NCBI RefSeq assembly: GCF_009914755.1
Contig: NC_060937.1
Strand: one strand, 5' to 3'
Length of the DNA stretch: 64,000 bases
DNA from: the human T2T-CHM13v2.0 reference genome, Homo sapiens
Numbering within the stretch: position 1 is the first letter of the stretch; each line of letters starts with the position of its first letter. Shown here piece by piece: positions 1-14,505 of the stretch. The notes under the pieces are model-generated. The model worked only from the letters and a program-made list of their open reading frames with translations. It was not told where the DNA came from and did no database searches. The position numbers were made by a program, and so were the translations under genes.

Positions 1-59
1 ATGAGTTGGGTTTCTTTTCCTTTTCCTTTCCTTTTGTATGTGTAGGACTTAGAAGGATC

Positions 60-1000
60 CTCTGGAAAAAGATAAATATTTGACAGTCATTAGTATGAAG
101 GAGATGTTTATAACCTGCAACTAGGTGAGCTTATTAGAGAAACTGTGAATAGAATAGAGAAGAATGCAAAGGACTATTATTTTGCAAAATTTACTTTGAT
201 GAATAAAAAGAAATTAAGCAGTTGTTGAAGGAGAATGAGTAGACAAAGGATAATGTTTTAAGATAGTTAATACTAAGCATGTTTATTTGCTGATGGAAAT
301 GAACCACAGAATGGGAGGAATGTATGATACAGGAGAAGAAAAATAGAATATTTGCCAAAGTGAAGACACCGAGATGGTGAGAAAGAATGAGATTTGAAGC
401 ACAGATGAAGATCAGGTTACATTCTTCACTGTAGCCTGAGAAGAAGGCAGAATATCTAGATACAGAGATAGCTATGGGGATGAGTTTGGTAGACAAAAGA
501 GGAGGTTGTTTTATATGATTATGAATTAGGAAGTAAAGTTATCACCTATGAGTGGAACGGTGGGGTAGCATCAATAGGTTGAAGGTTCTAATGAGATGTG
601 AAATGTGGGAATATTATAGTGCATCAGATGGAAAAATAGGAATTACTGATCTGAGAGTGGAATGCTTGAGATTATAATGGCAGAGCTAGTGTTGTAATTG
701 GAGATAAGAGTTCATGATTCACGTAGTATGGAGGAGCAGACAGTTGATGCCGAGGATGTCAAGCAGCTCAGATATCAAGGTGATAGATGAATTACTTATA
801 TGAATGTTATGCCTGCAATAATAATACAGGCACAGTAGTAGAGAAATCAACTAAACTGATGCAATCAGTACATGAATTATAAACAATTGACTAAGAGGTG
901 AGTAGGTTATATTAAAAAGGAGAAAAAGCCTGTTGCCATGTGTTGAGAAAGTGGCAGAGTTTGGAAAAAGTAAGAGAAAGAAATGGTTTGGGTACAGAAA
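60..1000 (-). mobile_element. LINE-2 (L2) ORF2 fragment, highly diverged
   Basis: 745-835 (GATGCCGAGGATGTCAAGCAGCTCAGATATCAAGGTGATAGATGAATTACTTATATGAATGTT...ACAGG) resembles the antisense L2 endonuclease region; the flanks have the purine-rich texture of antisense L2. Boundaries approximate. Confidence 0.6.
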
Positions 1001-1234
1001 ACGGTGACACCTACCTCTAGGTCCTAAAGAAGATAAGATGTTCCTCCAAAAACAAGCTTTACATGATTAGGATTCTCAAGATCAGTCAAGCATACATTTG
1101 AAGAGAAAGGTGAAGGGATGAAACATGTAACTTGGAAAACTGGAGAAAAATGAAAAGGGATATGTCGTACTTCTGTCTGATAACATTGAGAAAATTTTTG
1201 GAAATTATGATTTAAGAAATGAGTACAGTTAGCA

Positions 1235-1325
1235 CCACTATGCTGTAGTCCCAGGCCAAACCAAATTCAAAGGCAAGGAACATAGACCTTGCCCTCATTG
1301 GGAGAAATGTTGACATCATTGCTGT
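1235..1325 (-). mobile_element. MLT1 (J/K/L-type) LTR fragment
   Basis: GTCCCAGGCCAAACCAAATTCAAAGGCAAGGAACATAGACCTTGCCCTCATTGGGAGAAATG resembles a characteristic old MLT1 motif. Confidence 0.45.
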
Positions 1326-1884
1326 ACTAGTAAATGTTCTACTTTTAATGCATAATAACTGTAGCAGGGTTATTCACAGTGGCCAACACCTTTCTAATGT
1401 GCAAGCCTAAAGTTAGTACTGGTAGATAAAAACAATTTAGAGAACCATAACAACCACTAAGAAATGACTATTTTTCTTGAGTCATTCAAGAAAAAAATGT
1501 CTTGAATCAAGAAGAGGTAAAGCAGAGGAAGTAATAATGAAATAATTTTTAAAGTCCCATTGCAATAGAATGTTTTTTTCTTCAGGAAAAGGTTTTTATC
1601 AGTCAGTTATAGTCCTATATACTACAAGAGAAAAAACATACCTACCTTGATAAAGAGAAAAATACATCCATAATGGAAAAAATATTGGAAAAATGGCTTG
1701 TATTCAAGATGACCTTTTCTTTAATGATTCTACAAGTTTATTACATCTCGTGATATCAGGAAATAATGGTGCTTTAAATAATCTCATTGTGGTTTAAATC
1801 TGATACTATACAGGTTAAAGAAATATCTTGAAGGTAATATCCCTTTGCAGTGTGATAAAAATTTAAAGTTAAGAGAAATATCTG

Positions 1885-2000
1885 TGTCAAGCCCCTTATT
1901 AAGAAATGATAAAACTATCTCCCAGAGGTATTAAAATACCCTCCTAAAGGTCACATTTGGTTAATCAAAGACAGGAGCAGAGCTGGGTTTCCACAGAGGA
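1885..2000 (-). mobile_element. MIR fragment
   Basis: Degenerate MIR core: AAACT..CCCAGAGG..TAAAATAC..CCTAAAGGTCACA. Confidence 0.45.
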
Positions 2001-2102
2001 ACCTATCGTATTATCTTTCAAGGAGACCATCTATTCACTATATAACAGATACAATGCGTTTTGCTATCAATATAACCATTAAACTAATTTGTCCAACTAA
2101 TA

Positions 2103-2392
2103 TTTTTTTTGAGACATAGTCTAGCTCTGTCACCCAGGCTGGAGGGCAGTAGTGCCATCTCAGCTCACTGAAACCTCTGCCTCCCTGGTTCAAGCGATTC
2201 TTCTGTCTCATCCTCCTGAGTTGCTTGGACTACAGGTGCATGCCACCACACCCAGCTAATTTTTGTATTTTTAGTAGAGACGGGGTTTCACCATGTTGAC
2301 CAAGTTGGTCCTGAACTCCTGACCTCAGGTAATCTGCCCACCTTGGCGTCCCAAAGTACTGGGATTACAGGCATGAGCCACTGCACCCAGCA
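2103..2392 (-). mobile_element. AluS (Sx-like), full length
   Basis: T tail, both arms and the linker GCTAATTTTTGTATTTTTAGTAGAGA are present; degenerate TSD GTCCAA. Confidence 0.95.
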
Positions 2393-3949
2393 GTCCAAAT
2401 GAAATTTGAGAAAATTAAATGACATATAGTATCCCCTTATTTTTATTTTGACTTACTTGAATTGCAAATATAGAAAATGAATCAAGACCAAAAGGGGTTG
2501 AATGTTTTAAATATAAAAATAAATGTATTTTGACAATCTGGGAGAAGAGGGATTCAAATGACATAATTTCTATGGAACGGTTTTCAAAAGGTCTGAAAGG
2601 CCTAAAAGTATTGAATATATCAAAAAGAAACAGAAACTTTTGTTAGAGATAAAAGATCATTCTATTTTGGGCAAGAAGAACAAAATACACTCATTGGAGA
2701 ATTTAAAAAGGTACTGACATCCTGTGGGAAATATGATGTGAGCAAAGGCTTTACAAAGACAAAGTTTGAAATGTCTGAAAAGAGAACTGAGTCATGGGCC
2801 AACAACTATGGGGAGGGATATATGTACAAAGTAAAGGTTAACACTGGGCATTGATTACAAAGGAATGAAAAAGAACAAAGACTGAAATACCATTATTCTG
2901 GTCAACCAACCATATTTATGATTATATGTGTGAACGTTTGTGCTCATGGACACAGGCAATTCAGAGATGGTCCATATTTGATTTAAAATAATGAACATGA
3001 AATTTAAAAATAGTCTGAATTTGGTAGAATGCATTCAGGGAATTTTAAGACACTTAATTCAACTCAAAACAACTTCGAATTCACATATATCTAAAATACA
3101 GCACTTCATTTGCCAAAAGTACATGTAGGAACTATTAATGACTCTCTTTAAGATTTATATTTTTAATCAGTCTTTTGTCTTATAAAGTTAGTAGCAGCCT
3201 ATTGAGTAAATTAACATCTTACTGACTATTCTGTTATTTTGATATTAAAATTATTCATTCAGACCATAAGTTACCATCTAGTCAAATAAGACTCTAATGA
3301 CAATATCATCCATTAATGTTGATGGAAAAATGGCACAGATTTTAGTTTTGTGTGTAAAGACTTATTTTGTTTGTGTTATGAATTGAACTGTTTCTTCTAA
3401 GTGTGGCTAAAACTCCTGGCTATTGTGGAAAGTCTCTTAGATTTTACACAATCTGGTATATGAATGTATGTTTTATGTGTGTAAACAAATATGAATACTG
3501 TTTCAGCTGTAACAGGACTTTGTCATTCATATTATACTTCTGGGAAGAAAAGTGCCTTTCTCTCATTCTTTCTGACTCAGTTGCAGTCTTGTATCCTTCG
3601 CTGGCATCCATGAAACTGTGGTAAGTTTACTCATTTGCTTACAATATGCAAAATCTCAGCTCTTCACAGTTCTTGGCACTATTTTCCCAATTCCATCTCT
3701 TGCTTTCTATTTCCCAGGCTACATGACACATTACATCACTCATCCTTCCACAATCTGAATTGTAATTCTATACCTTAATTTATAGTTTGCTCTCCTGTAA
3801 GCCTCCAATAAAAATAGTTCTATCCACATTCTTTTTGAAATGTTGTATTCAAACCACTCATCACACAAAATTTTTGAACGTTTAGTATTTAATTCATATT
3901 ATTAGGTTAATACAGTGTCTGCTGCTTTTATTTTGCACTAAAATCAGTC

Positions 3950-4075
3950 ATGTATGAGATTATTCAATAGGTGATGATCATTGTGACTAATTTATCCTTT
4001 TATTCCTAGTGCCCAGCACTGTGCCTGACACACTTAAATGTTTCTGTAAAAACATAAATGAATCAACACAATGAA
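3950..4075 (+). mobile_element. L2 3' end
   Basis: TTCCTAGTGCCCAGCACTGTGCCTGACACA...AAATGTTT...AAATGAAT. Confidence 0.6.
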
Positions 4076-4791
4076 TATTTCAAGGATTTACCTACATTTT
4101 CATTTAAAAGATTTTATAACTTTAATTATTTAAAGGGAAAACATGACAAAATATAAAAAAGGATATCTTCTTATCAAAGGAAATGTTTTGTAAATAGAAT
4201 GAGACTGAAACAGAAATAAATGCCAGCAATCAAACTGCAATCCCAGAACAGCAGGTGGTTTGAATACTTGCTTTGAAAAGCAGACATCCAACATTGCTCT
4301 GACATAGATTTAAGAGTTGCCTCTGGGAAAGATGGCAAGTCAAAACAAGAAAACTAAGACAGTCACCCAGGGATGTATGTGGGAGACAAAAACATCAATA
4401 GAATCGGCCCTTTTAAGACCAATGACAAGCACTGAGTGACAGATCTATCATTGTCTTACTAATAATACTGCAGGTATCGGAGTCTTTATTTAGTTTTTTG
4501 ATTTATGCATTATGTATTCTCTTACAATAGACTTGTTAAATGTAGTTTAAATTGAGAAGCTCCTGGCCTAGAGATACTGCTTCAATTACCCAGGCAACAT
4601 CAACTGAATCAATTTTAGAAATGAATCCATTATTAACCTGTAAATAATATACACATTATACCTTAAGAAGAAAAAAATATGTAGTTGTACATCAAAAAAT
4701 AGAAAAGTTTACAGCTTTTTAAAATTCTTATAGTTGCGTTAAATTCAATCATTTCACACAGTTGAACTCCAACTTGTTTTAGGAAGTATGC

Positions 4792-5308
4792 TATATTATT
4801 TTTCTATTACTTCCATAATAATTACCACAAACTTAGTGTCATACAACATCACCCATTTATTATCTCATAGTTCTTAGGTTGTGTATTTAACTGGACTCAA
4901 TTGGGTCCTCTGTATAAATCTCACAAGACTGAAATCAGTCAAGTTATCCAACAAGCTGAACTCTGATTGGTTGGTTATGAGAAGGAATTCCAACTTCCTT
5001 CAGGTTATTAGCAGAAATGGGATGAATCCTTCTCCTGCTGTAAATCTCTCTGGATCTCTCCTCTACAATAAGCTAGAGAAAACTGTTTTTAAAGTGTTCA
5101 CGAATTACAGTGGGCCCACATGGATAATCTCCCTTTTGATTAACATGAAGTGAACTGATTATTGATTTTAATTGCATATATACCATATAATTTAACAATC
5201 ACAGACATGATATTGCAACATGCTCATATCTTCAACCCACCCTCCAGGATTGGAGATTATACAGGGTGGTGGTCATTGGGAGTCATCCTTAGAATTATGC
5301 CTACCGAT
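4792..5308 (-). mobile_element. MLT1E-like MaLR solo LTR
   Basis: Starts with AATTACCACAAACTTAG, contains GGGCCCACATGGATAATCTCCCTTTTGATTAAC, and ends with CATCCTTAGAATTATGCCTACC (reverse complement of the MLT1E start). Confidence 0.75.
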
Positions 5309-5309
5309 G

Positions 5310-6610
5310 TGTTTAGTGCTGGGAATAAAATTATGAGCAAAGTAGACTCAGTCTACTTTTCATACAATAAAATACGAGCTGTATAAGGAATTATCATGTA
5401 CCTATGAACACATAAATGGAGAACCAACCCAATCTACAATGTTGGGTAAGTGTTCCCAAAGAAAATCACACGTAAGCTGTGTCCTGGAGGTAGCATCAGC
5501 ATTTATCCAGTAAATGACCTTTTTAAGGTGATAGAGTAGAAGAACGTTTAAAGCAAAATAAATATATATATATATATATATATATTACGAGACATGCCTT
5601 GAAAGATGGTCAGCTTAAGCATGGGTGACATAGTTCTCAACATTTGCAGCAGGGAGAGTAGTCAAGAGATGGCTTGCATTGAGGGAGAGAAGAGCAATGG
5701 GAAAACCTTTAAAGCTTTTAATCAAGATGCTACATGATTAAGTGTATGTTTTAAAAATGTAATCCTGGCTTTAACATTCAAAAAGAGCTTTCAGAGGTAT
5801 AGAACTTGAGCGAGTGAGACCATTTACAAGGCCATTAGACATAATCCAAATTGTCAATAACTGTTACTGGGACAATGGTCGTGGCATAAAGGATGTCTGT
5901 AAGTTGACATATTGAGGGAATTTTGGAGGCGGATTCTAAAACAATTGGTAGTTAAATAGGTATAGGTGTGAAGGAGGAAAGGAGGTCAAGAATGATGCCT
6001 AGGTTTGTAGCTTGAGCCACTGGAAGGATGATGGGCTATTTTCTGAAATTAAGAACTTGGAAGAGAAAGTAAGCATGCTGGAAAAAATGAGTGGCTCCAT
6101 TTCAAACATGAAAAATTTGAAGTTCCTATACACAGCCAAGTATAGATGTTTATTATACAGTTGGATATACTGGTCTGGAGCTCAGATAAAAGACCAGGAC
6201 TAGAGAAATCCATGTGACAAACCTCAGTCTGTAATGTTAATTGGAGTTACAAGAGCTAAAGCTGTACCCTGGGAAGGGTGTGGAGTCTAAGAAGAGAAGA
6301 CAATCTAAGATATAATTATCTGGTCCACTGAGGATTGGCTCAAGGAAAAGAAGTGCATAAAGGATACTGAGAAGAAATAACTCCCATATATAGAGAAAGA
6401 ACCAGGCAATTGCAGTTATGCAAGAAAAGAAATAGCAATTTCAGAATGGAGAGAGTAGTCAACATTTTCAAATGCTATAGAAAAGTCCTATAAAAGAGGA
6501 TTATTAAGTGGAATGGATTTAGTGATAAGGGACTCAGTGACTTTGACAGAGCATTTTCAGTGGTCCAGTGTAAATGCAATTTAAACTAAAATAGGCTTAG
6601 GAATAAATCT
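5310..6610 (-). mobile_element. L2 (L2a-like) long 3' fragment
   Basis: Typical antisense L2 motifs, e.g. GGAGGTCAAGAATGATGCCTAGGTTTGTAGCTTGAGCCACTGGAAGGATG and TTGGATATACTGGTCTGGAGCTCAG. Confidence 0.8.
5562..5585. repeat. (TA)n microsatellite
   Basis: Direct reading of the sequence. Confidence 0.9.
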
Positions 6611-7271
6611 GAATACTTTCTTTTTCTATAATATTTTTTCATAATTAATATTCTCTGGGTGTCAATTTCCAGTTAACACTAAGAGTTGGAGGAACATTCC
6701 AAAAAGAATTTGACAATAGAAGGGAATTTGTTTTTCATAAAGTGTGGGTACCAGAGAGCAGAGTGGAAGGGTATTGGATGAAAGTAGTCCTGTATCACTG
6801 GATGAAGAAAATAAATGTATGTTTTTAAAAATAGGAACATAAAAGAACATAAAAATCTGTGTTCAAGTCTGGAAAACCAAAGACAATGGGGGTCTATATA
6901 ATGTATTTAATTTAGTTGACCTCAAAATTACCAGCTATGGCCAGAAGAAAATAAGAAAGAAGACAGAACACAGAGCCCATTGTAATAGTCAGCTAGAAGT
7001 TAGGTAGTCAGACCTCTCAGGATTCAGTTAGGTACTTGAGGGAGTTCACACTTCTGGTAGAAGGAGAAGTGATTTTCCCTCTAGAAGGGAATGGAACTGG
7101 CTGCAGTCTGGCTTAAATGAAACGACTCTAAAAAGAGATTGATTCCTTGAAGGTATTGGCATACAAGCCTCCAGGAATTAATTGGATAGGGAGCTCTGTA
7201 TAGCAAGGAACTATTGTTAATCCATTGGAGCCACTGGTGAAGACAAAAGGGAATGATGGGACAAGACAATG

Positions 7272-8570
<1,299 letters not shown>

Positions 8571-8572
8571 AG

Positions 8573-9097
8573 TATCTCTCTTTGCCTATGAAATGATTCT
8601 ATACTAAGAAAACTCTAAATAATCCGTAAGGCTCCTAGAACTAATAAACAACTTCAGTAAAATTTCAGGATACAAAATCAGTGTACAAAAATTAGTAACA
8701 TTTCTATACACTAATAACATTGAACCTGAGGGCCAAATCAAGAGTGCAATCCCAGTTACAATAGCCACAAAAGAGTAAAATACACCTGAATACAGCTAAC
8801 CAAGGAGGGGAAAGATCTCTATTACAGATACTATGAAACACTGCTGAAAGAAGTCAGTGAAGACACAAATAAATGGACAAACATTCCATGCTTATAAACT
8901 GGAAAAATCACTATCATTAAAATGGCCCTACTTGCCTAGAACAGTTTACAGAGTCAACACTATTCCTATCAAACTACCAATGACATTTTTCACAGAATTA
9001 GAAAAAACTACTCTAAAATTCATATGGAACCAACGAAGAATCCAAATAGCCAAAGCAATCCTAACTAATCAAAAAGAACAAAGCCAGAGGCATCACA
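8573..9097 (+). mobile_element. Inverted 5' segment of the same L1 (ORF2 RT region)
   Basis: Sense ORF2 running from a decayed FADD motif (SLFAYEMILY) to AAAGAACAAAGCCAGAGGCATCACA; ORF 8857-9123 contains [24 protein letters not shown]. It abuts the antisense part. Confidence 0.85.
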
Positions 9098-10131
9098 AAT
9101 ATATGTTAAGGCAAGTGGCCTAGAGGCAGTCAGGACCATATACTTGGCTATGAAAAGTACTTGAATTTAATATGCATTATTTAAGAGGCAAAAAACCCAA
9201 TAGTGTTTGACTCACAAAATAAACACAGCATTTGGCTGGTAGGAGTGTATAAAGTGAAGTGAAATCTCGAGACAAATAAAGAAAATTTAAAATACCATTC
9301 TGAAATAATTGCTGAAGGCTAGGATGGAATCAAAATGAATATATTTGTGTAGGCTTGTTATGTGCAAAACCCTAGCTATCTATTGAAAAATCAAGGATGA
9401 TTCTTCTGGATACCCCAAATTTATGAGATAATATCCAACTCTCCTCATTAGGTTATCTCACTCTTTCTTGCTACATAACATATACAGGTAGACATCCTAG
9501 GATTAGGAAATGGGAAACTTGAGTGGATACAAAAATATAATGTAGACTCATTACACAGACACTTATTTAAAACTTTGCAGTAAATAGTACCAAATAAGAC
9601 TATACCATAGAGTGAGGTATGCAGAGATCCTGGGACCCATAATATTCAGAAGATTACTAGGATGTAAAAGAAAATACAAGTCAATTATTTTTAGACATTA
9701 TTTTTAAATGTATATATCAACTGTTTTCACTCATCAATAGTACCAGGATATAGGATTCTTCAAAAATAGTAGATAAGAATGGTACTAAGAAAAAAAGTAA
9801 TATTGGAATCCTTCAGAAGTCTTTTAAAGTGAATATTGTCTCCTGGTTCAATTGTGGTGGTTTCAGGAAGCTTACAACATTCTGTGAAGACTGTTCTGAG
9901 CTACTCCAAAAAAACTCAAAAGCCCAACTGCATAGGGGTTCGTGCATAAGAGTATCAGGTCTACATGATCCTGAGAATTTCAATCCTCCTAAAGTAGAAG
10001 GAACAATATGACCACATCACAATAAATTTTTTTTCTCACATTTGTTCCAGATAGCTCTATACCCAGTAGCCACTTGAATAAATAGATGTCCTGATCCTTG
10101 TTAGAAATAAAGTAAAAAATAGATATGCAAC

Positions 10132-10549
10132 TGTGTTAGACTGTTTTGCATTGCAATAATGGAATACCGGAGGCTGGGTAATTTATAAATAAAAGAGGTT
10201 AATTTTGGCTCACAACCCTGCAGACTGCACAAGAAGCATGGCACCAGCATCTGCTTCTGGTGAGGCCTCAAGAAGCTTATAATCGTGATGGAAGGAGAAG
10301 GGGGAGCAGGCATGTCACATGGTGTGAGAGCAAGCAAGAGAGAGGGGAGGAAGTCCCAGGCTCTTTCTAACAGTGAGCTCTCACATGAACTCATAGAGTG
10401 AGAAAATACTCATTACTGAGAGTATGGCACAAAGCCATCCATGAGGGCTCTGCCTGCATGACCCAAACACCTCCCACCAGGCACCATGTCTAACATGGGG
10501 GATCATATTTCAACATGAGACTTGGAGGTAAAAGATATCCAAACCATAT
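10132..10549 (-). mobile_element. MSTA/MSTB MaLR solo LTR
   Basis: TGTGTTAGACTGTTTTGCATTGC...GGGTAATTTATAAATAAAAGAGG...ATCCAAACCATAT. Confidence 0.9.
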
Positions 10550-11519
10550 TTCCAGATGAACACTGTGGATTACAACATTCTATAATTGGTGGTTTAGGAT
10601 AAAATGGATATAGAAACAAATTAGAAGTTGTGAAATCACCAACTATGTTCCTGTGAATATTTACTAAGTTTATTGTTGAAAATGTTTCATTGAAAAAGTT
10701 GAAAATATACTTGTGTTACAAAAAAAACAATTTTTGAGCTCCTAACAGTTTATGAAACACCTTGAAGATAAGGAATAAAAATAAATAAAACACATATGTG
10801 GTTGCAAATAGTTCAAGGTATAATGAGAGTGACAAAGGGGCAAGGTAGTAATGATAATATATTGCTGACTGACTGCATGCATAGCAGCGGTATGTAGAAC
10901 ATGTTACAACAGTACAGAGGCAGCAAAAAGATGCAGTAGCCTCACATTTCTGAAAGCATTAGTGCAGGTGGCCATCTATTGAATAAGGAAGGCAGGGAAG
11001 GGATGTGCAAAAAAGTAGCAGCACATCTGTTTCTGAGGAAAATGAATAGCTGACCAGCTGCAAAGAAAAATGTTCTTGATCATTGTTGAGGGCCCAACTG
11101 AGATGAGAAACCACACATGTGTGGATTCCTATTATTTCCCAGTCATGCTCAGCTGCTACATGTGGGAGCATACACCTGGAATGTAGGATTGCCAATTTTG
11201 TACGATGAGTGAAAAAAAGACTTGAAGGTAATAATGGAGTTTGGTCGACCTGCCGTGTGGTTCAAACTCTGTAGGAAAGGAAATGAGCCCAAAGATGTGA
11301 TAAAATGGGAAATTGGACGGATCCTGAGATTGGAATGATAAATTTTTAAATACATACATAGGTATAGAAGGAATGCCTACACAGCAGGTATTGTCTGGAA
11401 GAGGGATATTAGTTCAATAGATGTATATGTTTTTGAGAGGGCACAGTTTGTGTCAGGAATAACCTGCAGAAATCAAAAGAGTCAGTTTGATGTGAGAAGC
11501 AAGAAAAAGGGAAAAGTTA

Positions 11520-12150
11520 TTTATCTAATAAATATTTATTGAGCAGCCTCTGTGTGCCAGGAATTATACAAGCTGCTGGAGTTACAGAAATGAGTAAGAC
11601 TCAATTCAGGGTCTCAATTAGATCAGCCTGCTGGAATGATTGATGTTTCCAGCCTTGAAATCACTGTGGTTGAGAAGGTGGCAGTTTCAAAAGGCAGTAC
11701 TAAATATTAGTATTCATTTAATAAGAGAACTGATGTAACAAACCAAGTGGTAATACAAACCAGACAAGCCAGATAGAATGCTTAATTGTGAAAAGAAGTA
11801 TTGCATACGGAAAACCTAGGAGAGTAATAATAGGATGGCCCTCTAGTGAGTACACAGAGGAAGAAAAGAGAAGAGTGGATTCCTGAAATCTAAAAAAAAA
11901 AAAAAAAAAAAAAGTCTAAACTTAAGGGATGGGTAGAGAAAGAAAGAAACCATTGAAAGAAACTAGAGGTGAGACCAGTTAATTTGCTTCTAAGACAAAT
12001 TAAGAGGGTTCCAGAATAATAAAATGGTCATCATAGTCCAGTGACTCAGAGGTCAAGCTGAAAAAGACAGAATTGTTTGAATAGATGTGGCAGTTAGAAA
12101 AATATCAATGATCTTAGCAGGTGCTATTTTCAGGTAGTTCAGGTGGCATA
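11520..12150 (-). mobile_element. L2 fragments
   Basis: AAATATTTATTGAGCAGCCTCTGTGTGCCAGG (antisense L2 3' end) and further L2-like sequence at 11800-12150. Confidence 0.6.
11892..11913 (+). repeat. Pure A22 homopolymer
   Basis: Direct reading of the sequence. Confidence 0.95.
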
Positions 12151-12299
12151 CATAGTCCTCTGGTTAGAAGAATGCCTGAAAGATTTATAAAATTATGTAT
12201 AATCAATGGATGATCAGCAGTTCTTAGGTTGTCTAATAACTACCAACTATAGGCTGTATCATTGGTCTTTATTTTTCTCTGTATTTCAATGAGTGCAAA

Positions 12300-12434
12300 T
12301 TTTTTCTTTCATTTATTCCTTCCTCTCTTTTCCTTTCTTCCTTTCTCCGTTTCTTTCCTTGCTCCTTTCCCCTCCTCTCCCCTCTCTCTCCTCTCAAGAG
12401 ATGTATAGGTTCCTTTCCTTTCTCTCTCTCTCTC
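12300..12434. repeat. Pyrimidine-rich low-complexity and (CT)n tract
   Basis: Direct reading of the sequence. Confidence 0.85.
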
Positions 12435-13102
12435 TTTTTTTTTTTAACAAAGATTCTCTTTTTGTGATTTTTTTTGTTTTATTTTATTTTATTTTATTTT
12501 ATTATACTTTAAGTTTTAGGGTACATGTGCACATTGTGCAGGTTAGTTACATATGTATACATGTGCCATGCTGGTGTGCTGCACCCATTAACTTGTCATT
12601 TAGCATTAGGTATATCTCCTAAAGCTATCCCTCCTCCCTCCCCCCACCCCACAACAGTCCCCAGAGTGTGATGTTCCCCTTCCTGTGTCCATGTGTTCTC
12701 ATTGTTCATTTCCCACCTATGAGTGAGAATATGTGGTGTTTGGTTTTTTGTTCTTGTGATAGTTTACTGAGAATGATGATTTCCAATTTCATCCATGTCC
12801 CTAAAAAGGACATGAACTCATCATTTTTTATGGCTGCATAGTATTCCATGGTGTATATGTGCCACATTTTCTTAATCCAGTCTATCATTGTTGGACGTTT
12901 GGGTTGGTTCCAAGTCTTTGCTATCGTGAATAATGCCGCAATAAACATACGTGTGCATGTGTCTTTATAGCAGCATGATATTCTCTCTTGCCCAGGCTAG
13001 AGTCCAATGCCAAGATCATAGCTCACTGTGGCCTTGAACTCCTAGCTTCAACTGATCCTCCTGAGTAGCTGGGATTATAGGCATGAGCCACTGTGCCAGG
13101 CA
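12435..13102 (-). mobile_element. FLAM/AluJ monomer, split by L1PA3
   Basis: T tail plus AACAAAGATTCTCT (12435-12459) continues as ATTCTCTCTTGCCCAGGCTAGAG...GCCACTGTGCCAGGC (12980-13102). Outer TSD GTATCATTGGTCTTT at 12256-12270 and 13103-13117. Confidence 0.8.
12460..12979 (-). mobile_element. L1PA3-like 5'-truncated L1
   Basis: 3'UTR plus ORF2 C-terminus (ORF 12706-12948, [17 protein letters not shown]...). TSD ATTCTCT at 12453-12459 and 12980-12986. Confidence 0.93.
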
Positions 13103-13117
13103 GTATCATTGGTCTTT

Positions 13118-14505
13118 TTTTTAAATTTTTAATTTTTCTGAGTACATAGTAGGTATATATGTTTATTGGATATATGAGGTATTTTGATACAGGCATGTAA
13201 TGTGTAATAATTACATCAATGTAACTGGACTGTCTATCACCTCAAGCATTTATCTTTTGTGTTACAAACCAATTATATTCTTTTAGTTTTTAAAATGTAC
13301 AATTAAATTATTGCTGACTATAGTCACTTTGTGCTATAAAATACTAGATTTTATTCATTCTTTCTAACTTTTTTTTTACCCAATAATTATCCCCATTTCA
13401 CCTTCTCTGCCTTAACCCCCTGGTACCCTTCCCAGCCTCTGGTAACCATCTTTCTACTCTCTATCCCTGTCAGTTCAATTGTTTTAATTTTTAGCTCCCA
13501 CAAATAAGTGAGAAAATGTGTATTTGTCTTTCTGTGCCTGGCTCATTGTACTTAATATAATGACTTCCAGTTCCATCCATGTTATTGCAAAGGACAGGAT
13601 ACTAGATCCATGTTGTTGCAAAGGACAGGATACCATTCTTTTTTTATGGCTAGATAGTGCTCCATTTTGTCTAAGTACCACATTTTCTTTATCCATTCAT
13701 CTGCTGATGGACATGCAGGTTGCTTCTAGATCTTGGCTATTGTGAATAGTTCTGCAATAAACATGAGAGTGCAGATATCTCTTCGATATACCGATTTCCT
13801 TTCTTTTGCATGTATACCTAGCAGTGGAATTGCTGGTTCATACAGTAGTTCTATTTTGAGTTTTGTGAGGAACACCCAAGCTGTTCTCCACAGTGGTGGT
13901 ACTAATATACATTCCCACCAACAGTGTATGAGGATTACCTTTTCTCCACATCCTTGCCAGCATTTGTTATCGTCTGTCTTTTGGATACAAGCCATTTTAA
14001 CTGGGGTGAGATGACATCTCATTGCAGTTTTGATTTGCATTTATCTGATGATCGGTGATGTTGAGTATCTTTTCATATAGCTGTTTTCCATTTGTATGTC
14101 TTCTTTTCAGAAATGTCTATTAAAATCTTTAGTCCATTTTTAAATTGGATTGTTAAATTTTTTCATATAGAGTTGTTTGAGGTTCTTACATATTCTGGTT
14201 ATTAGTCTCTCATCAGATATATAGTTTATAGATATTTTCTCCCATTCTATGGGTTTGTCTCTTTACTTTGTTGATTGTTTACTTTGTTGTGCAGAAGCTT
14301 ATTATGTAGATGTGGTCCCATTTGTCCACTTTTGCTTTGGTTGCCTGTGCTTATAAGGTATTATTCAAGAAATCTTTGCCTAGTCCAGTGTCCTGAAGAG
14401 TTTCCCCAAAGTTTTCTTTTAGTCATTTCACAGTTTGAGGTCTTAGATTTAAGTCTTTAATCCATTTTTATTTTATTTTGGTAAATGTTGAGAGATAGAA
14501 GTCTA
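13118..14505 (-). mobile_element. L1MA (MA2/3-like) 3' fragment
   Basis: L1MA-type 3'UTR (GAGTACATAGTAGGTATATAT...TTTTGATACAGGCATG) and decayed ORF2 (ORF 13726-14040). Confidence 0.88.
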
